This document shows positions 1 through 12,186 of a stretch of DNA of 64,000 nt, in pieces. A model generated the notes under the pieces. That model was not told where the DNA came from. It saw nothing but the letters and a program-made list of their open reading frames with translations, and did not search any database. This stretch comes from Octopus vulgaris (lineage: Eukaryota), in contig OX597814.1 of the NCBI GenBank assembly GCA_951406725.2, forward strand, positions 148,242,001 through 148,306,000. The letters are read 5' to 3'. Made by a program: the position numbers and the translations under genes. The first letter of the stretch is position 1. Each line of letters begins with the position of its first letter.

Positions 1-118
1 CTCATCTCATTACTGTGTTTTGTCCAGCCCGCAAGCTATTCTCTCTGTATACGACCTTCATCGCCAATGAAATGTAATACAGTAGCTTGCTCACCGCTTA
101 CACGCAGGCGATGTTGTT

Positions 119-985
119 AGTGTCGTTCTTGGCACTAAGGAAGTCGTACGCTATTTTGTAGCTGCGAATTAATGACAAAAAGAGCTCAACTAAGGTAAGT
201 CTTTTGTTTTTTGGGGGCGTGGGGGTTTGTTATTTGGTGTGTAATATTATTTCCCAGGTAAGAAGTTCTCACTGGATTCTAGAAATTTGTCGGCTAGCAG
301 TTGAGCATTATTGTTCACTTAAAGTGAATTGTTTTGGTGGTCTTGTCTCGCCGTGTGGTAAGTAGCTTACTGTGATTTTTCCTTGTGATTTTTCCTTGTA
401 GCTGCCAGTTGGATTACCAGTGAACGGAGGAATTTTGCATGAAATATTAATTTTGTGTTGCTGACGGACATTTTTGTGAACTGTCTTCGTGTTCTGAAAT
501 CTTTTCCATTTTTTTTGGAGTACGAGTTTAGGCATTATTGGCCGAAGATTCTGTGTTTGTGCATCTGCTTTTTGGTTTCTTGTTTCCATGCCTATTATTT
601 TTGGTTTTTCTTCTTTCTTCTTCTATTACATATATTTCCTTGTTTCTCTTTTTTATGTTTTCCTTCATATATTTGTTTTTCCCTTTCCTATCTATAATGT
701 TTTCCCTTTATTTTAATATTCTGAACTTTTATTTTGATGAACATGTCTGAGTGTTGTTTTGGCACTAAGGAAGTCGCACGTTATTTTGTAGCTGCAAATT
801 ATTGACGAAAATAGCTCAACTGTAGGGAAAGACTTTCGTATTTTGGCTCCAGTGGGGGTTTGTTGTTTGGTGTGTAATATTTTTCCCAGGCAAGGAGTCC
901 TCATAGGATTTTGTACATTTGTCGGCTTGCAGTTGAGTATTATTATTCACTTTAGGTGAATTGTTTTGGTGAGCGTGTCTCGACG
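119..985 (+). repeat. Diverged direct duplication (~235-bp units at ~119-352 and ~750-985)
   Basis: Both units read ...ttggcactaaggaagtcg(t/c)acg(c/t)tattttgtagctgc...ggtgtgtaatatt...cccagg...atttgtcggct...cagttgag...gtgaattgttttggtg...gtctcg, with many substitutions. Confidence 0.85.
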
Positions 986-1259
986 CCAAGAGTTCGAACT
1001 GTGAATTCAAAAATAAGGCCAGGAGTACAAATTGGCCGGGATTTAATTTTTTGTGGAGCTGCCGTAATTTCAACTGTCGTCGCCGTCAGAACTTACATTG
1101 TGCTTCAAACTGTTTTTTTTTAAAGTTCTTTCGTTTCTGTTCTATTGTTGTGTCTTTTCTCTGTCTTTTTTGCAGCCGGTTTTTTCTGGACTCTTCATTT
1201 TTTGTAAGGACTATTTTGTGAACATTTTTTTAAAAAGGAGAAGCATGATGTAAAAGGTG

Positions 1260-1633
1260 AACGATGTCTTGGAGTTGGAGATTATTCCACCCAAAGAGTG
1301 GCTTAAACAGTAAGAATAGAAGACGGTGGTGTTGAGAACGTATTCGAAAGTTCTCGACGCCATTGTCGTCTTCTCCAACCAGTGGATTGAAGGGGAGCTG
1401 CCAAAAATCTGCCAACTATGAAATTTTTTGCCCGGTGTGTCAGATAGGCAACGATTTGGTTGGTATTTGACAAACCGGAAAAGACTCGTAATTTTGCGAG
1501 CCAGCCCTTGGAGGGCAATTGAATTTTAGTTGTTCCCATATATTTTGGGAGGAAGTTGACGAGGGCCTGGATTTGCGGTTTGCCACCCAATATTCAACCA
1601 GGGGCCGTATTATCGATTCTTTCAACAACCTAA
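1260..1633 (+). pseudogene. Decayed ORF1 (RRM/gag-like) of a non-LTR retrotransposon, L1/Tx1-like
   Basis: Manual translation across stops and a frameshift gives DVLELEIIPPKEWLKQ*E*KTVVLRTYSK...ATIWLVFDKPEKTRNFASQPLEGN*ILVVPIYFGRKLTRAWICGLPPNIQPGAVLSIL. The 'xIxGLPPxI' pattern is typical of LINE ORF1 RRMs. Confidence 0.4.
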
Positions 1634-1763
1634 GTATGACACGAGATTTCCAGACACGTGTGAAGTTTAATCAAAATCAATAAAACGATGTAGGAGGTGT
1701 TAGTTAACAAAGCCCCAAAGAAACACACACCGATTTTCCACACATGTAGCATATATATATATA

Positions 1764-2160
1764 CTCTCTCTTTTACTCTTTTACTTGTTTCAGTCAATTG
1801 ACTACGGTCATGCTGGAGCACCGCCTTTACTCGAGGAAATTGACCGCAGAACTTTTTCTTTGTAAGCCTATTACTTATTTTATCGGTCTCGTTTTGTGAC
1901 GTAAACACAGCAGCATCGGTTGTCAATCGATGTTGGGGTGGGGGGCCAAAGAACACACAAACGCACACACACACACACACACACATATATAAATTTATGA
2001 CAGGCTTCTTTCAGTTTCCGTCTACCAAATCCACTCACAGGGCTTTGGTCGGCTTCAGGCTATAGCAGAAGACACATGCTCAAGGTGCCACGCAGTGGGA
2101 CTGAACCCAGAGCTATGTGGTTGGTAAGTAAGCTACTTACCACACGGCCACTCCTGCCCC
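1764..2160 (-). mobile_element. tRNA-derived SINE (family A), full length
   Basis: Reverse complement of the 29268-29658 copy: tRNA-like head with A/B boxes at the 2160 end, internal (TG)n, and tail ggcggtgctccagcatg...ctgaaacaagtaaaagagtaaaagag. Confidence 0.9.
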
Positions 2161-2611
2161 TACATGCATGTCTATATATATATATGTATATATATATATA
2201 TGAAACTGAATGCAACATCTAATTACACAGATTTCTAACAGGACCGAGCACAATTGTCTATATCAAATGTTAGTTATAAATACCTTGTGTCTTTAAATTA
2301 CTGAACGTGCTTAGAGTATGAATAAAGAAAGAATGATAAATTTGCGTAAAAATTAGAACATAATACATAGAAATAGATTTGGATAAAAATACATGAGTGT
2401 GCACATATGACGTATATATCAGAGAAGGAAACCAATATTTGGCAACGCTCCAAAATGTACACAGCAAATAGGAAATATGTGCATGCCTCAAAACTCTCAG
2501 TAAATAATTAAATGTTAGAAAGAATTTGAAAATAAAAACATAAATAATACATTCGTATATGCAAACACTCCACGCACGTTCAGCCAAGCACTCTTGCGTA
2601 TATATATATAT

Positions 2612-2650
2612 ATGTATGGATGTATGTATGCATATATACACACTTGGACA

Positions 2651-2691
<41 letters not shown>

Positions 2692-2726
2692 ATGGATGTA
2701 CGTATGAATATATACACACTTGGACA

Positions 2727-2767
<41 letters not shown>

Positions 2768-2802
2768 ATGTATGTACGTATGCATATATACACACTTGGA
2801 CA

Positions 2803-2815
<13 letters not shown>
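2612..2815. repeat. Compound minisatellite, 3 units of ~75 bp
   Basis: Unit tatggatg...tatatacacacttggacatatatgta(TA)n is repeated three times. Confidence 0.85.
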
Positions 2816-2875
<60 letters not shown>

Positions 2876-3581
2876 ATTTATGTGTGTATGTTAATATATA
2901 ATTATATGTGTGTATGCGTACACGTGTTTATTGATATAATTGGTGAATAAGCCGTCAGTTACTGCTTAACTTTAGTCAAAAATTCGAAAGAAATTGTGTA
3001 ATATACTTTACTTTACTGTTAATATGGAATCTCCACATCAGTAAATATTCTATTTTTAGCCATTTCTTTTAAATGCCAACATAGTATTAGCATTCGTATT
3101 ATAGCTATACAATAAGTGTGGTCTGTGCTTTTGCGTTTATATAAGTGAGAATGTTTGTAGGTGTGTCTGTGTGATCGGGAGTGTGTGTTTGTGTGTGTAT
3201 ATGTCTACATATATGTTTAAATAACGTATATGTCTAAACAATTGTATATTTGATTCATCAGTATTGTGTGCAACGTAAATGTTAAAAAAGTCATTTATTT
3301 TCTACTTTTACCGAAATTGAGGATAAATTAAAGCGAGTGATTGGTATTGATCGGTATTGATCACTAATCATTTTGGTTACTGATGAAAATTGATAGTACT
3401 ATCGTGATGGAACAGCCATTCATATAATTGTCACGTTTGTTCGTTCTATTCATACTGCCCGTCTAAGATGATTTCTTAAGTAGGTTTTATGAAATAATCC
3501 AGCCTCTTGAGAGAGAATTTGATTATTTATCTACGAAGACTGATCATGGTTAAAGTTCACGCTAGACTACTTACAATTCTT

Positions 3582-3600
3582 TCAAGTCTTTACAGCAAGT
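3582..3600 (-). CDS. Candidate terminal coding exon (R-LAVKT*) of unidentified minus-strand gene; exon 3575-3600
   Basis: Acceptor tattctcag|, donor |gtaagt. Phase 2 matches the preceding exon 3787-3931 and gives AG|A CTT GCT GTA AAG ACT TGA. Confidence 0.35.
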
Positions 3601-3786
3601 CTGAGAATATTTCCATTTATTGAAAATATACGAACGTCCGGCACCCTGCCAGAAATCTTTCGTTCCAACAAATTTTACAAGCAATTATTAACTAAACTTA
3701 CAGTCACGATCGCATTATGTTTTGGTCTTCCTATTATATAAATATAATAATACATTGAATAATGGAAAGTCGAAGCCTGCACTAAC

Positions 3787-3931
3787 CTCTCCGTACAGAC
3801 ATTCTTGCTCAGTACAACAGCCGTCTGGACATTCGGCGTCTCACAACGATAATCCTTCTGGTTTTTCTCGAGTAGAGTACGAGCATTGCACTTCTCTTTC
3901 GTTAGAACGGGAAGAGAAACCGCAGTTTTAG
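3787..3931 (-). CDS. Candidate internal coding exon (KTAVSLPVLTKEKCNARTLLEKNQKDYRCETPNVQTAVVLSKNVCTE)
   Basis: GC/CpG-richer island with only one open minus frame. Acceptor tacag| (an alternative aatag| lies 5 nt upstream); donor GAG|gttagt. Confidence 0.5.
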
Positions 3932-4066
3932 CTGTACTATTGTTAAAGAATTCGCTTTACAAACATGTAAACACGGCTGGTCGACTCAAGTCTACCATAT
4001 GTAACACCAGGTTAACGAATACATTGTGAGTAAAATAAATAGACTGAAAACATGTGGAATAAATTC

Positions 4067-4094
4067 ACACACACACACAGACAGACAGACAGAC

Positions 4095-4185
<91 letters not shown>

Positions 4186-4187
4186 AT

Positions 4188-4267
<80 letters not shown>
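4067..4267. repeat. Compound microsatellite (CA)n(GACA)n(TA)n(GATA)n
   Basis: Directly visible. Confidence 0.95.
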
Positions 4268-4571
4268 TTTTTCTAGAAACATTGGTTCGAGAAGCGCAAA
4301 AAGCTTTAAATAAAAGCAACTCATGTTGGGGTGAAAAACTTGAAGTCTGTCAGTGGGACAAGTGGAGAACACCTTAGTCGTCAGGAGGTGTGGAGTTTTG
4401 CCCAGCCAGCACATTGGGACTTCTATTCCAAAAGTTTCTTTCGACACAGTATTTACATGGTTCAATTAATAGCTCAAGTTAATTCGAAATGCACTCCTCT
4501 CGAGAGTACTATTTCACTTTCTTCCGGAATGTAATAGTGTTATCACGCCTAATATCATTCACACTAACATA

Positions 4572-5160
4572 CACGGGGTGCATTCAAAAAGTTTTCGACG
4601 TTATTTTTTTCACGTCAGAACTAAAGCTGCATGGGCAAATATTTTTTGGGGTCTGAGGCAACGGCACCCTTCCTGCACATGCACGAAAGCTTTCACGCTG
4701 GTAGGCCGTGTCAATTCCCTTTTGTGAGCAGATATCTTGTGCGCGCTCGTTGTATTTTCATTTCCGCGCTTCGCATCGAGCAGGGACCATAAACTCATGC
4801 CACACCACCAGGGATGATGGTCTTCATAAAATCTGGATCGTGGTTTACACAGCTCAGCATATCCTAAGCTAATTCAACGCAGAGTTGCTTCTGCTCCTCC
4901 ATCAGCACATTGGAGACGAATTTCGCCGATACTCTCTGCATGCACAAATGCTCACTTAAAATTGAATCAACTGATCCTGCGCTTATCTCTATTTCATGAT
5001 TAATTCCTGGATTGTTACACGATTGTCTTCCATCACTATTCACCGAAACTTATCAATTTGCGCCTTGTTTCGGCCTGTTGATGGCCAGGCTCAGTGTTCC
5101 TCGCTGTTCGTGACATGCAACCATGTTTGCAGCTGTTGTACCACTCCCTGATTTGAGTTG
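4572..5160. mobile_element. Mariner relic, rearranged: TIR and 5' leader on +, transposase fragment on -
   Basis: TA + cacggggtgcattcaaaaagt is TIR-like. Minus strand 4784-5160 translates (frameshifted) to QIREWYN...VMEDNRVTIQEL...SILSEHLCMQRVSAKFVSNVLMEEQKQLCVELA*DMLSCVNHDPDFMKTII..VYG, matching the mariner HTH/WVPHEL/first-D region. Confidence 0.85.
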
Positions 5161-5183
5161 TATATATGTATATGTGTATATAA

Positions 5184-5199
<16 letters not shown>

Positions 5200-5215
<16 letters not shown>

Positions 5216-5469
5216 GTGTGTGCGTGTGTGTGTGTGTGCGTGTGTATGTGTATGCGTGTGTCTGTATTTGTCCTCCCAGCATCGCTTGCCAACCGATGCT
5301 GGTGTGTTTACGTCCCCGTAACTTAGCGGTTCGGCAAAAGTGACCGATAGAATAAGTACTAGGCTTACGAAGAATATGTCCTGGGGTTGATTAGCTCGAT
5401 TAAAGGCGGTGCTCCAGCATGGCCGCAGTCAAATGTCTGAAACAAGCAAAAGTGTAAAAGAGTAAAGAG
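5200..5469 (+). mobile_element. SINE family A, 5'-truncated copy
   Basis: Matches the 3' half and tail of 29268-29658. Confidence 0.85.
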
Positions 5470-7447
5470 TTGTAATTAAAACATGAAAATCAGATAAAGT
5501 CTACTTCGGGGGCCATAAAGGAAAAATATCATTACTATTTGAGACTGAGGCTGCCGAAGCACCAATATCGCAAGAAATAAGCGTTAAAAACTTTTAATGT
5601 TGTATGAAGCACACAGTCTATATATACTCGGAGGTTCTCTCTTTTTAAGTGTTTTTAACTCTTATTTCTTGCAATATTGATATTTCGACACCCTCAGTCA
5701 TAATTACAATTAGTAGCCATAAAATGTTTCACACACATATAATATATACATATAGATACATACATACATACGCATCAAACACGCAGATATATATGTGTGT
5801 GTATGTGTGTGTGTGGAGAGAGACAGAAAGAGAGAAAGGTGAGAGAAAGAGAGAGAGAGAGAGAGAGTGATTCAGAGAGACAGAGAGATAAACCCAAAAT
5901 AAGAATTTTAAGTTGATCTAATACCCATAATATTTCCGAATTCCAATACATTTTAAATTTGCTGTGTGGAAGCAATCAATTTCAAATCAGTGGTACTGTA
6001 CTAACTCTATTACTACAGTGTCATAATAATACCTTTAACATTTATGAAAGTCTGAGTGTTTGATTTGGTCCAGTACTCGGGATACTTTTAATGAAACAAA
6101 TTACAATAATCAAATTGAATTGCAACGGTAAATGGGTAGACTTCATTTTTGCAAGATACTAATTAATAGACTAGCCATTCTATTTGTCTACTTCGATGTA
6201 TTGAAATCGTCATAAATAATTGAGCTTCATTATTATGTTTCTTATAAATAATATCGGTTGAACGAATCAGATTATTAGTAATATATAATAGTGTAATACT
6301 ATTAAATCAAATCGAGATTTTTAAGCAAGAAAGAAACATTTTATAGCATATAGTTTCTACTTTAATATTATTGTGTTAAATGAACACTATATCACAAGTA
6401 ATTTTGAATAAAATATAATCACATTTTCAACGGTACAAAAAAGAGAAAAATGGTGTATATTAAGGTTATAATTGTAAATGAAAAATTTTAACTTGTGTAT
6501 CACGGTTGCGTAAGTAACAATACTATGTATTAGTGAATACTTGAAATTTAGCATTTAAGAATCACGATTTAACGTTAGAATTTAAATAAATACAACATAT
6601 CAAGATAATCACACTTATTCAAATTTATTGCATAATTTACTACTTCTATGCTGTTCTTTGACAGTTATAAACGTCTCAGACAGATAACTATGTGTCTTTA
6701 GGTTACATAATTCATAGAGGAACATTTGTATTCGTATCGATTAACACTGCCTGGCTAACTGACCTATGTACATTGGTCGGATAAATATGCGCCTGGACCG
6801 ATAGCAATAATAACAAGGGTATAAATTTAGAGTCACTTTATAATATATGCTTAGTCCTGAGTCCTGGCTTAGTTTGATCAAGGCATCTAAATATTCTATC
6901 AAATTTTCGCAGAAGTCCAGTAATTTTAAGGGAACTTTTAAGTTTATTACAGAGACACCGGTTTTCAACTGGTACTTAAATTATCAACCGGGAAAGAATG
7001 ACTGACAAAATCAATTTCGGTGGAATTTGAATACAGAGCGTAAAGAAAACTAATAAATACAAAAATAAAGTAGAATATAGAATGAAAGTACATTAATAAA
7101 GACTGCTCGTTTAAATTATTTATATCACTGTAGAAGTTTTATCATTCATATAGCTACTTGATAGATAGTAGCAATTAGAATTGTTATTAAAAATGTGTAT
7201 ATGATATAAACCGCAATATAAAATGTACTGACTAATCGCTTACACTTTCCGGATGTATGTAAACGCGTAGCCGACTCTTCTCTTTTTCTTTTTCCGTTGT
7301 GATCATTTAAGAAATGAAATATTTGTCCATATATATATATATATATATATGTATACATATATGTATGTATATGTATGTATATGTATATGTATATGATTGT
7401 ATATATGCATATGTATATGTATGTATATGTATATGTATATGATTGTA

Positions 7448-7502
<55 letters not shown>

Positions 7503-9076
7503 ATGCATGTATGTACAAACACATATTACTGCTAAATAATGCTCACGAGGTCGCAAAATATATTATCTTAAAAGCTACGTCTTCCAAAACTGTCCGAATA
7601 AATTCATTCTTTATAATGCGTATAAAGATTTGTATTTAGTCTATTGGAATCATGGAAGGAATGACATTTGTGTATATAAATAACGTAATAGCGGATAATT
7701 TATAAACTGTGTCGTTATTTCAATTATTTCGAACATTTACGCAAGTTATCAGCAAAAGAGAATATTAAGAAAATAACGTTGTTTTTCCAACTTTGGCACA
7801 GATTCATACCTTTTAAAGAGAGGAGAATCGCCATGAGTGCACACCCCATGATGGACAGAAAGATTAAGTAAGTGCATTGTTATTTTGATAGAATTAAAAT
7901 AAACTGGAAATCGTTGTAGTTTGGCACTTTATTGTTTCTGCCAATTTACGCCATCACTGAAGAAGAACACATAACATTACTTTCAAACAGTGTATGTTAG
8001 CACTAGAATATATGGGGAAAAGACAATAAAATATACAATAACTGGTTTGATTTTGACACATTATAAGCAGCTTTAAAAGCACCAACACAAAGATAGAAAC
8101 ACAGCTTGGTGATTTGACCTGCTTGAAATAGCAGCCGATTTTCCATCGATATACAGCATACATTTTAAAAGTAAGGAAGGTCATACTGGACAAAATACAA
8201 GGTCATCACGAATCAAACGATATAGATTTGGTTTGCTCCAGATTCATGTAAGAAATAGTTGAAATTATTTTACAGAAAATATATTACATTATATATATGT
8301 ACAAACAATTCTTATTAAGTATTTATGCTTCTTATATTTTACTTGTCCAACGTTTGATTAAATAAAAATATATTACTTAGTTACGATCTATAAATGTAAG
8401 CATAGCTAAGGAGAGAATTCAAAGGGTCAATCTGTCAAACATAGCATAATATATTAGGCCCAAGACGATTGACAAAAAAGCAATGTAGAGGAATTTAATA
8501 TGTAATTTTGTATACTCCAAACACATAATCTTTAGAAGATTAACTGAAATAGGAAAAGAATGGATAAAAAAAATATATGAAGCATTATATTATATATTAC
8601 ACTGGGAAATATATACTTTAAGTAATATATTTGCATATGTTCGTGGGCGTTTGTATAAATGTGTGCGCGCATGTATGCGTGCACTTGAGTGTGCGAATGT
8701 GAGTGTTTGTATGAGTGCGTTTGTGTATGTGTCCGAATGTATGTATATATGTATATCTGTATATCTCACTGCCTCTGTCTCTTTATATATGTATGTACAT
8801 GCATGTATAAGTGCCCATATTTCTATGTGTGCATGTGTGCGTATGTGTGTATGTGTATGTGCGTAAACCACACCTCAATGGTGTTTGTACTTATATTACC
8901 TAACTCCTGATGGCATTACAAGTAAAAGAATATACAATTTCCATGAAATCGAATTTTCTTTAGCATTCCTTATGGTGGTAGGTTATCCAGGACTTCTACA
9001 TTTTCTTTCCAAGTCTTCTCGAGATTAACTCCTTTCATCCTTTTATCACTAGCTGGTTGTGACACGCAATTATTTT

Positions 9077-9115
9077 CTTCTTCTTCTATTCTTCTTCTTC
9101 TTCTTCTTCTTCTTC

Positions 9116-9188
<73 letters not shown>

Positions 9189-9201
9189 GATGATGATGAT
9201 G
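9077..9201. repeat. (TTC)n(TTA)n(TGA)n microsatellite
   Basis: Directly visible. Confidence 0.95.
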
Positions 9202-9660
9202 TTTTTTCCTTCTTTCTTCAAATTTTATTCCGTTTGTCGCCGAATTTTTTTCAATACACCTAGGGCAGAGAAGGGCATGGCATGCATTCCCAGATTAAAC
9301 GCGCAAATTCACAGATAAAATATGTATTTAAAAATTAATAAATAAATAAATTCATGGATGGATGTTATTTTCACAACGATAGTGCTCTTCTCAGTACATG
9401 AGCCGTTCCAGTTAATACGACGTTTTGCACTTACTGTAGGGATGGTAAGCCTGGAATCATTTTCAAATAGGTTTCAGTACCTTTTTTTATCATTCCTAGA
9501 GATCCTACACTCACTGGTACTGTAGTCGTCTTGAGATGCCACATTTTTTTCAATTTCCATTAGCAGGTCTTTATATTTACTAATCTTGTCAAATTCTTTC
9601 GCCGCTATATTGTGATCACAAGCAATACTCATGTCAATTAATAAACACATCCTTTTTTTT
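9202..9660 (-). mobile_element. R4/Dong-type RLE LINE, 3' fragment (copy 1)
   Basis: Translates to CLLIDMSIACDHNIAAKEFDKISKYKDLLMEIEKMWHLKTTTVPVSVGSLGMI...LTGTAHVLRRALSL*, the C-terminus of a restriction-like endonuclease. Flanked by (TAA)n. Confidence 0.9.
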
Positions 9661-9703
9661 ATTATTTATTATTATTATTATTATCATTATTATTATTATT
9701 ATT

Positions 9704-11048
9704 GCCTTTGCACAGCTTCTAACACTGGAGATATACTGCGATACTGCAGTGTCAGCTGTTCACTACCAGTGAACTAAGGTAACACCTCTTATTTTCCGAG
9801 CACCTTTCGGAGTTTTCGGGCGGTTCCAAGCAGTGCTGTTTTCTTCAAGTGTTCCACCCTTGTTGTAACCCCTATTTATTCCACGTACTCCTCCAAATTT
9901 TTGCTTACTGTTCCCAGGGCTCCAACAGTTATTGGTAATACTGCTGCCTTTTTCATCGACCACACTGCTTAACCTGTCATGTCTCTCAACGTTTCTCTCT
10001 TCCTTATCGCATACCTTGTAGTCAGCTGGTCATGCTATATCTATGATCCAACAGAGTTTGTTTTCTTTCTCAATTAAGACTATGTCTGGCTTCGTATTCC
10101 CTATCTCATGGTCGCACTGAATAATAAAATCCCGTAGGATCTTTGCATTTTTATTTTCGACGATACCTTCAGGTTTGTGGTCTGTCAAGTCCATACTTGT
10201 TGCAAAGTGTACAATGAACAAGCCTTGCTATATTGTCTTGGCGTCTCTTATATTCATTCTGGGCTAGTGGCGTAATATGCTATACGGTTTCACCATTTTG
10301 TCCACAGATTCTGCACTTATCACTTTCTGTATTTTATGTAGTTTGTTCTTTGTGCTTGCTCTTGGGCAGCCTAGATAAGAGCCTCCGATTCCGGTTTTAA
10401 ATCACTTGTAGTCATGCACAGCCATCTTTTTTCTCTGTCTGTATTATCTTGAACATCCCTATGAAATTGTCGATGCATACTTTTCTTTGCCCACCTATTT
10501 CCAGTTTCATTCGTTTTCATTTCCTTGTAGAGTGCTTAAACTTGTCAATCTTTCATCCTACAGAGGTTTGACCTTCTAATAATAGCGGTTATATAGCATT
10601 TTTACATACAATGTTATATTGTTTTCTTCTGCTCTAATGCTGTGTTCGCATCCAGGAAGTCATCTTTCCTCTCTTTTTCTTGATACATACAGTCTGTCTG
10701 TGCCATTTTTGAGCGGTGTGTCTCATATCTAGTTAGTAACTTCTTTGTTTTTTTTCTATCTAAGCTGTTTAGCTCGTCTACTGTCCATGCAATTATCCCT
10801 GCTCCATATCTAATGAGTGAAACCGCCCAGGCGTTGATAGCTTCAATCTTATTCCGTCCGTTTAATTTCAAATTAAGGTCCAGTCTCAGTCTTCACAAGT
10901 ACTCTACCTTAAATTTTTCTGGCATTTCTTTCTCCATTAATTTATTCATTTTCAAAATCCCCTTGTACATGTAGCCCGTCTCTTCTATCTGCTTCATCTA
11001 TCTCCCCCGACGGTATCGTTACCCCGTCCATACATTTGATTTTGCCTC
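9704..11048 (-). mobile_element. R4/Dong-type RLE LINE, 5'-truncated and decayed (copy 2)
   Basis: RT thumb KLNGRNKIEAINAWAVSLIRYGAGII, zinc knuckle CRICGQNGET..HI, RLE KPDIVLIEKENKLCWIIDIA. The 3' end abuts (TAA)n and the 5' end abuts (TAG)n. Confidence 0.9.
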
Positions 11049-11062
11049 TACTACTACTGCTG

Positions 11063-11126
<64 letters not shown>

Positions 11127-11127
<1 letters not shown>

Positions 11128-11469
11128 GCCTCCTCCTTAGCGAAGGCGGAGGTATTGTTATCAGTCATGTTTGTTTGTCCGTGGACAAGTTAACTCAAGA
11201 ACCCCAGAATGGATTCGGATCAAACTTTCAAGGATGTTTGGCCTCATGACTGGCTCGAACTGATTAGATTTTGGGATCGATCTGGTACTGAGCAAAGATT
11301 CTGGATTATTTTCCCGTTTCTCTACTTAATTTTTGAGAGCGGTCATTTTTAGTATTCTCGTATGTGAGAGATTATTTCAGATATTCTGATTTTAATAATC
11401 ATCTCTTGTTGATCGTTGAGAGGACGTTGTTGTTACCTTGGTGGAAGTTTGCGCTCTCTGAGTGTTCTT
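11127..11469 (+). mobile_element. Helentron-associated non-autonomous element (HINE/DINE-1-like)
   Basis: 5' hairpin cctcctcctt-agcg-aaggcggagg, short (GTTT) microsatellite, 3' subterminal repeat ccttggtggaag followed by stem-loop gcgctctctgagtgt and TT. Confidence 0.75.
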
Positions 11470-11579
11470 ATTATTATTACTATACTGTTCGTTCCTTTCA
11501 GCTATCTAATTCCTGATTATTCTGGCGGTGCCATGGAAGCATTATTATCATGTTATTGCTATTATTGTTACTGTTGTTT

Positions 11580-12050
11580 GAGGGTGGAATCCAACTATCA
11601 GCCAAGTTCATTGTGAAAATTGCCCCTCTACCCACCATTTATAAAGCAGAGCAGGTAGTATTCCTATTTCTACTGGATTGGTGAAAGTCATTGAAGGATG
11701 GACGAGGCCGATAGTTTTAAGGTGAGACAATTTCTTTTTTCCGGTAACCACTCATCGAACGAAAACGGTTTGGATGAATGGCCATTTTTCAATCATCCGC
11801 ATGTAGATTAGAGAACAAGAGTTATGTGGTAACATGTGACTGCTGTGATCCTGAATGGGTTCGTTCGTTGGTCTCACTTGAAGTTCTCCCTGTATCAAGA
11901 GGGCTTCATCATTCTTTTGTTCAGATATTTTGAATACTATGCATACATATTTTCTCATTTCAGTCTCCTTGCTGTAAACTCTCACAACAGAATTGTAAAC
12001 TCTCCTTGTAATGTTCCACCCTTAAAGTCCCCGTGGAAATAATAGAATCC
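11580..12050 (-). mobile_element. Highly decayed RLE-LINE RT fragment next to (TAA)n
   Basis: Minus frame with many stops contains ...EIVSP*NYRP, the RT 'PxNYRPI' motif. Starts immediately after the (TAA)n tract at 12051-12186. Confidence 0.35.

Positions 12051-12186
<136 letters not shown>

Noticed and set aside
2270-2950. Long ORFs rich in IY/YI, HT, VC (also near 4000, 7300, 24100, 35000, 37200, 38100, 52300-54900, 58000-58800, 62200)
   Set aside because: These are translations of (TA)n, (CA)n and (GATA)n microsatellites, which lack stop codons.
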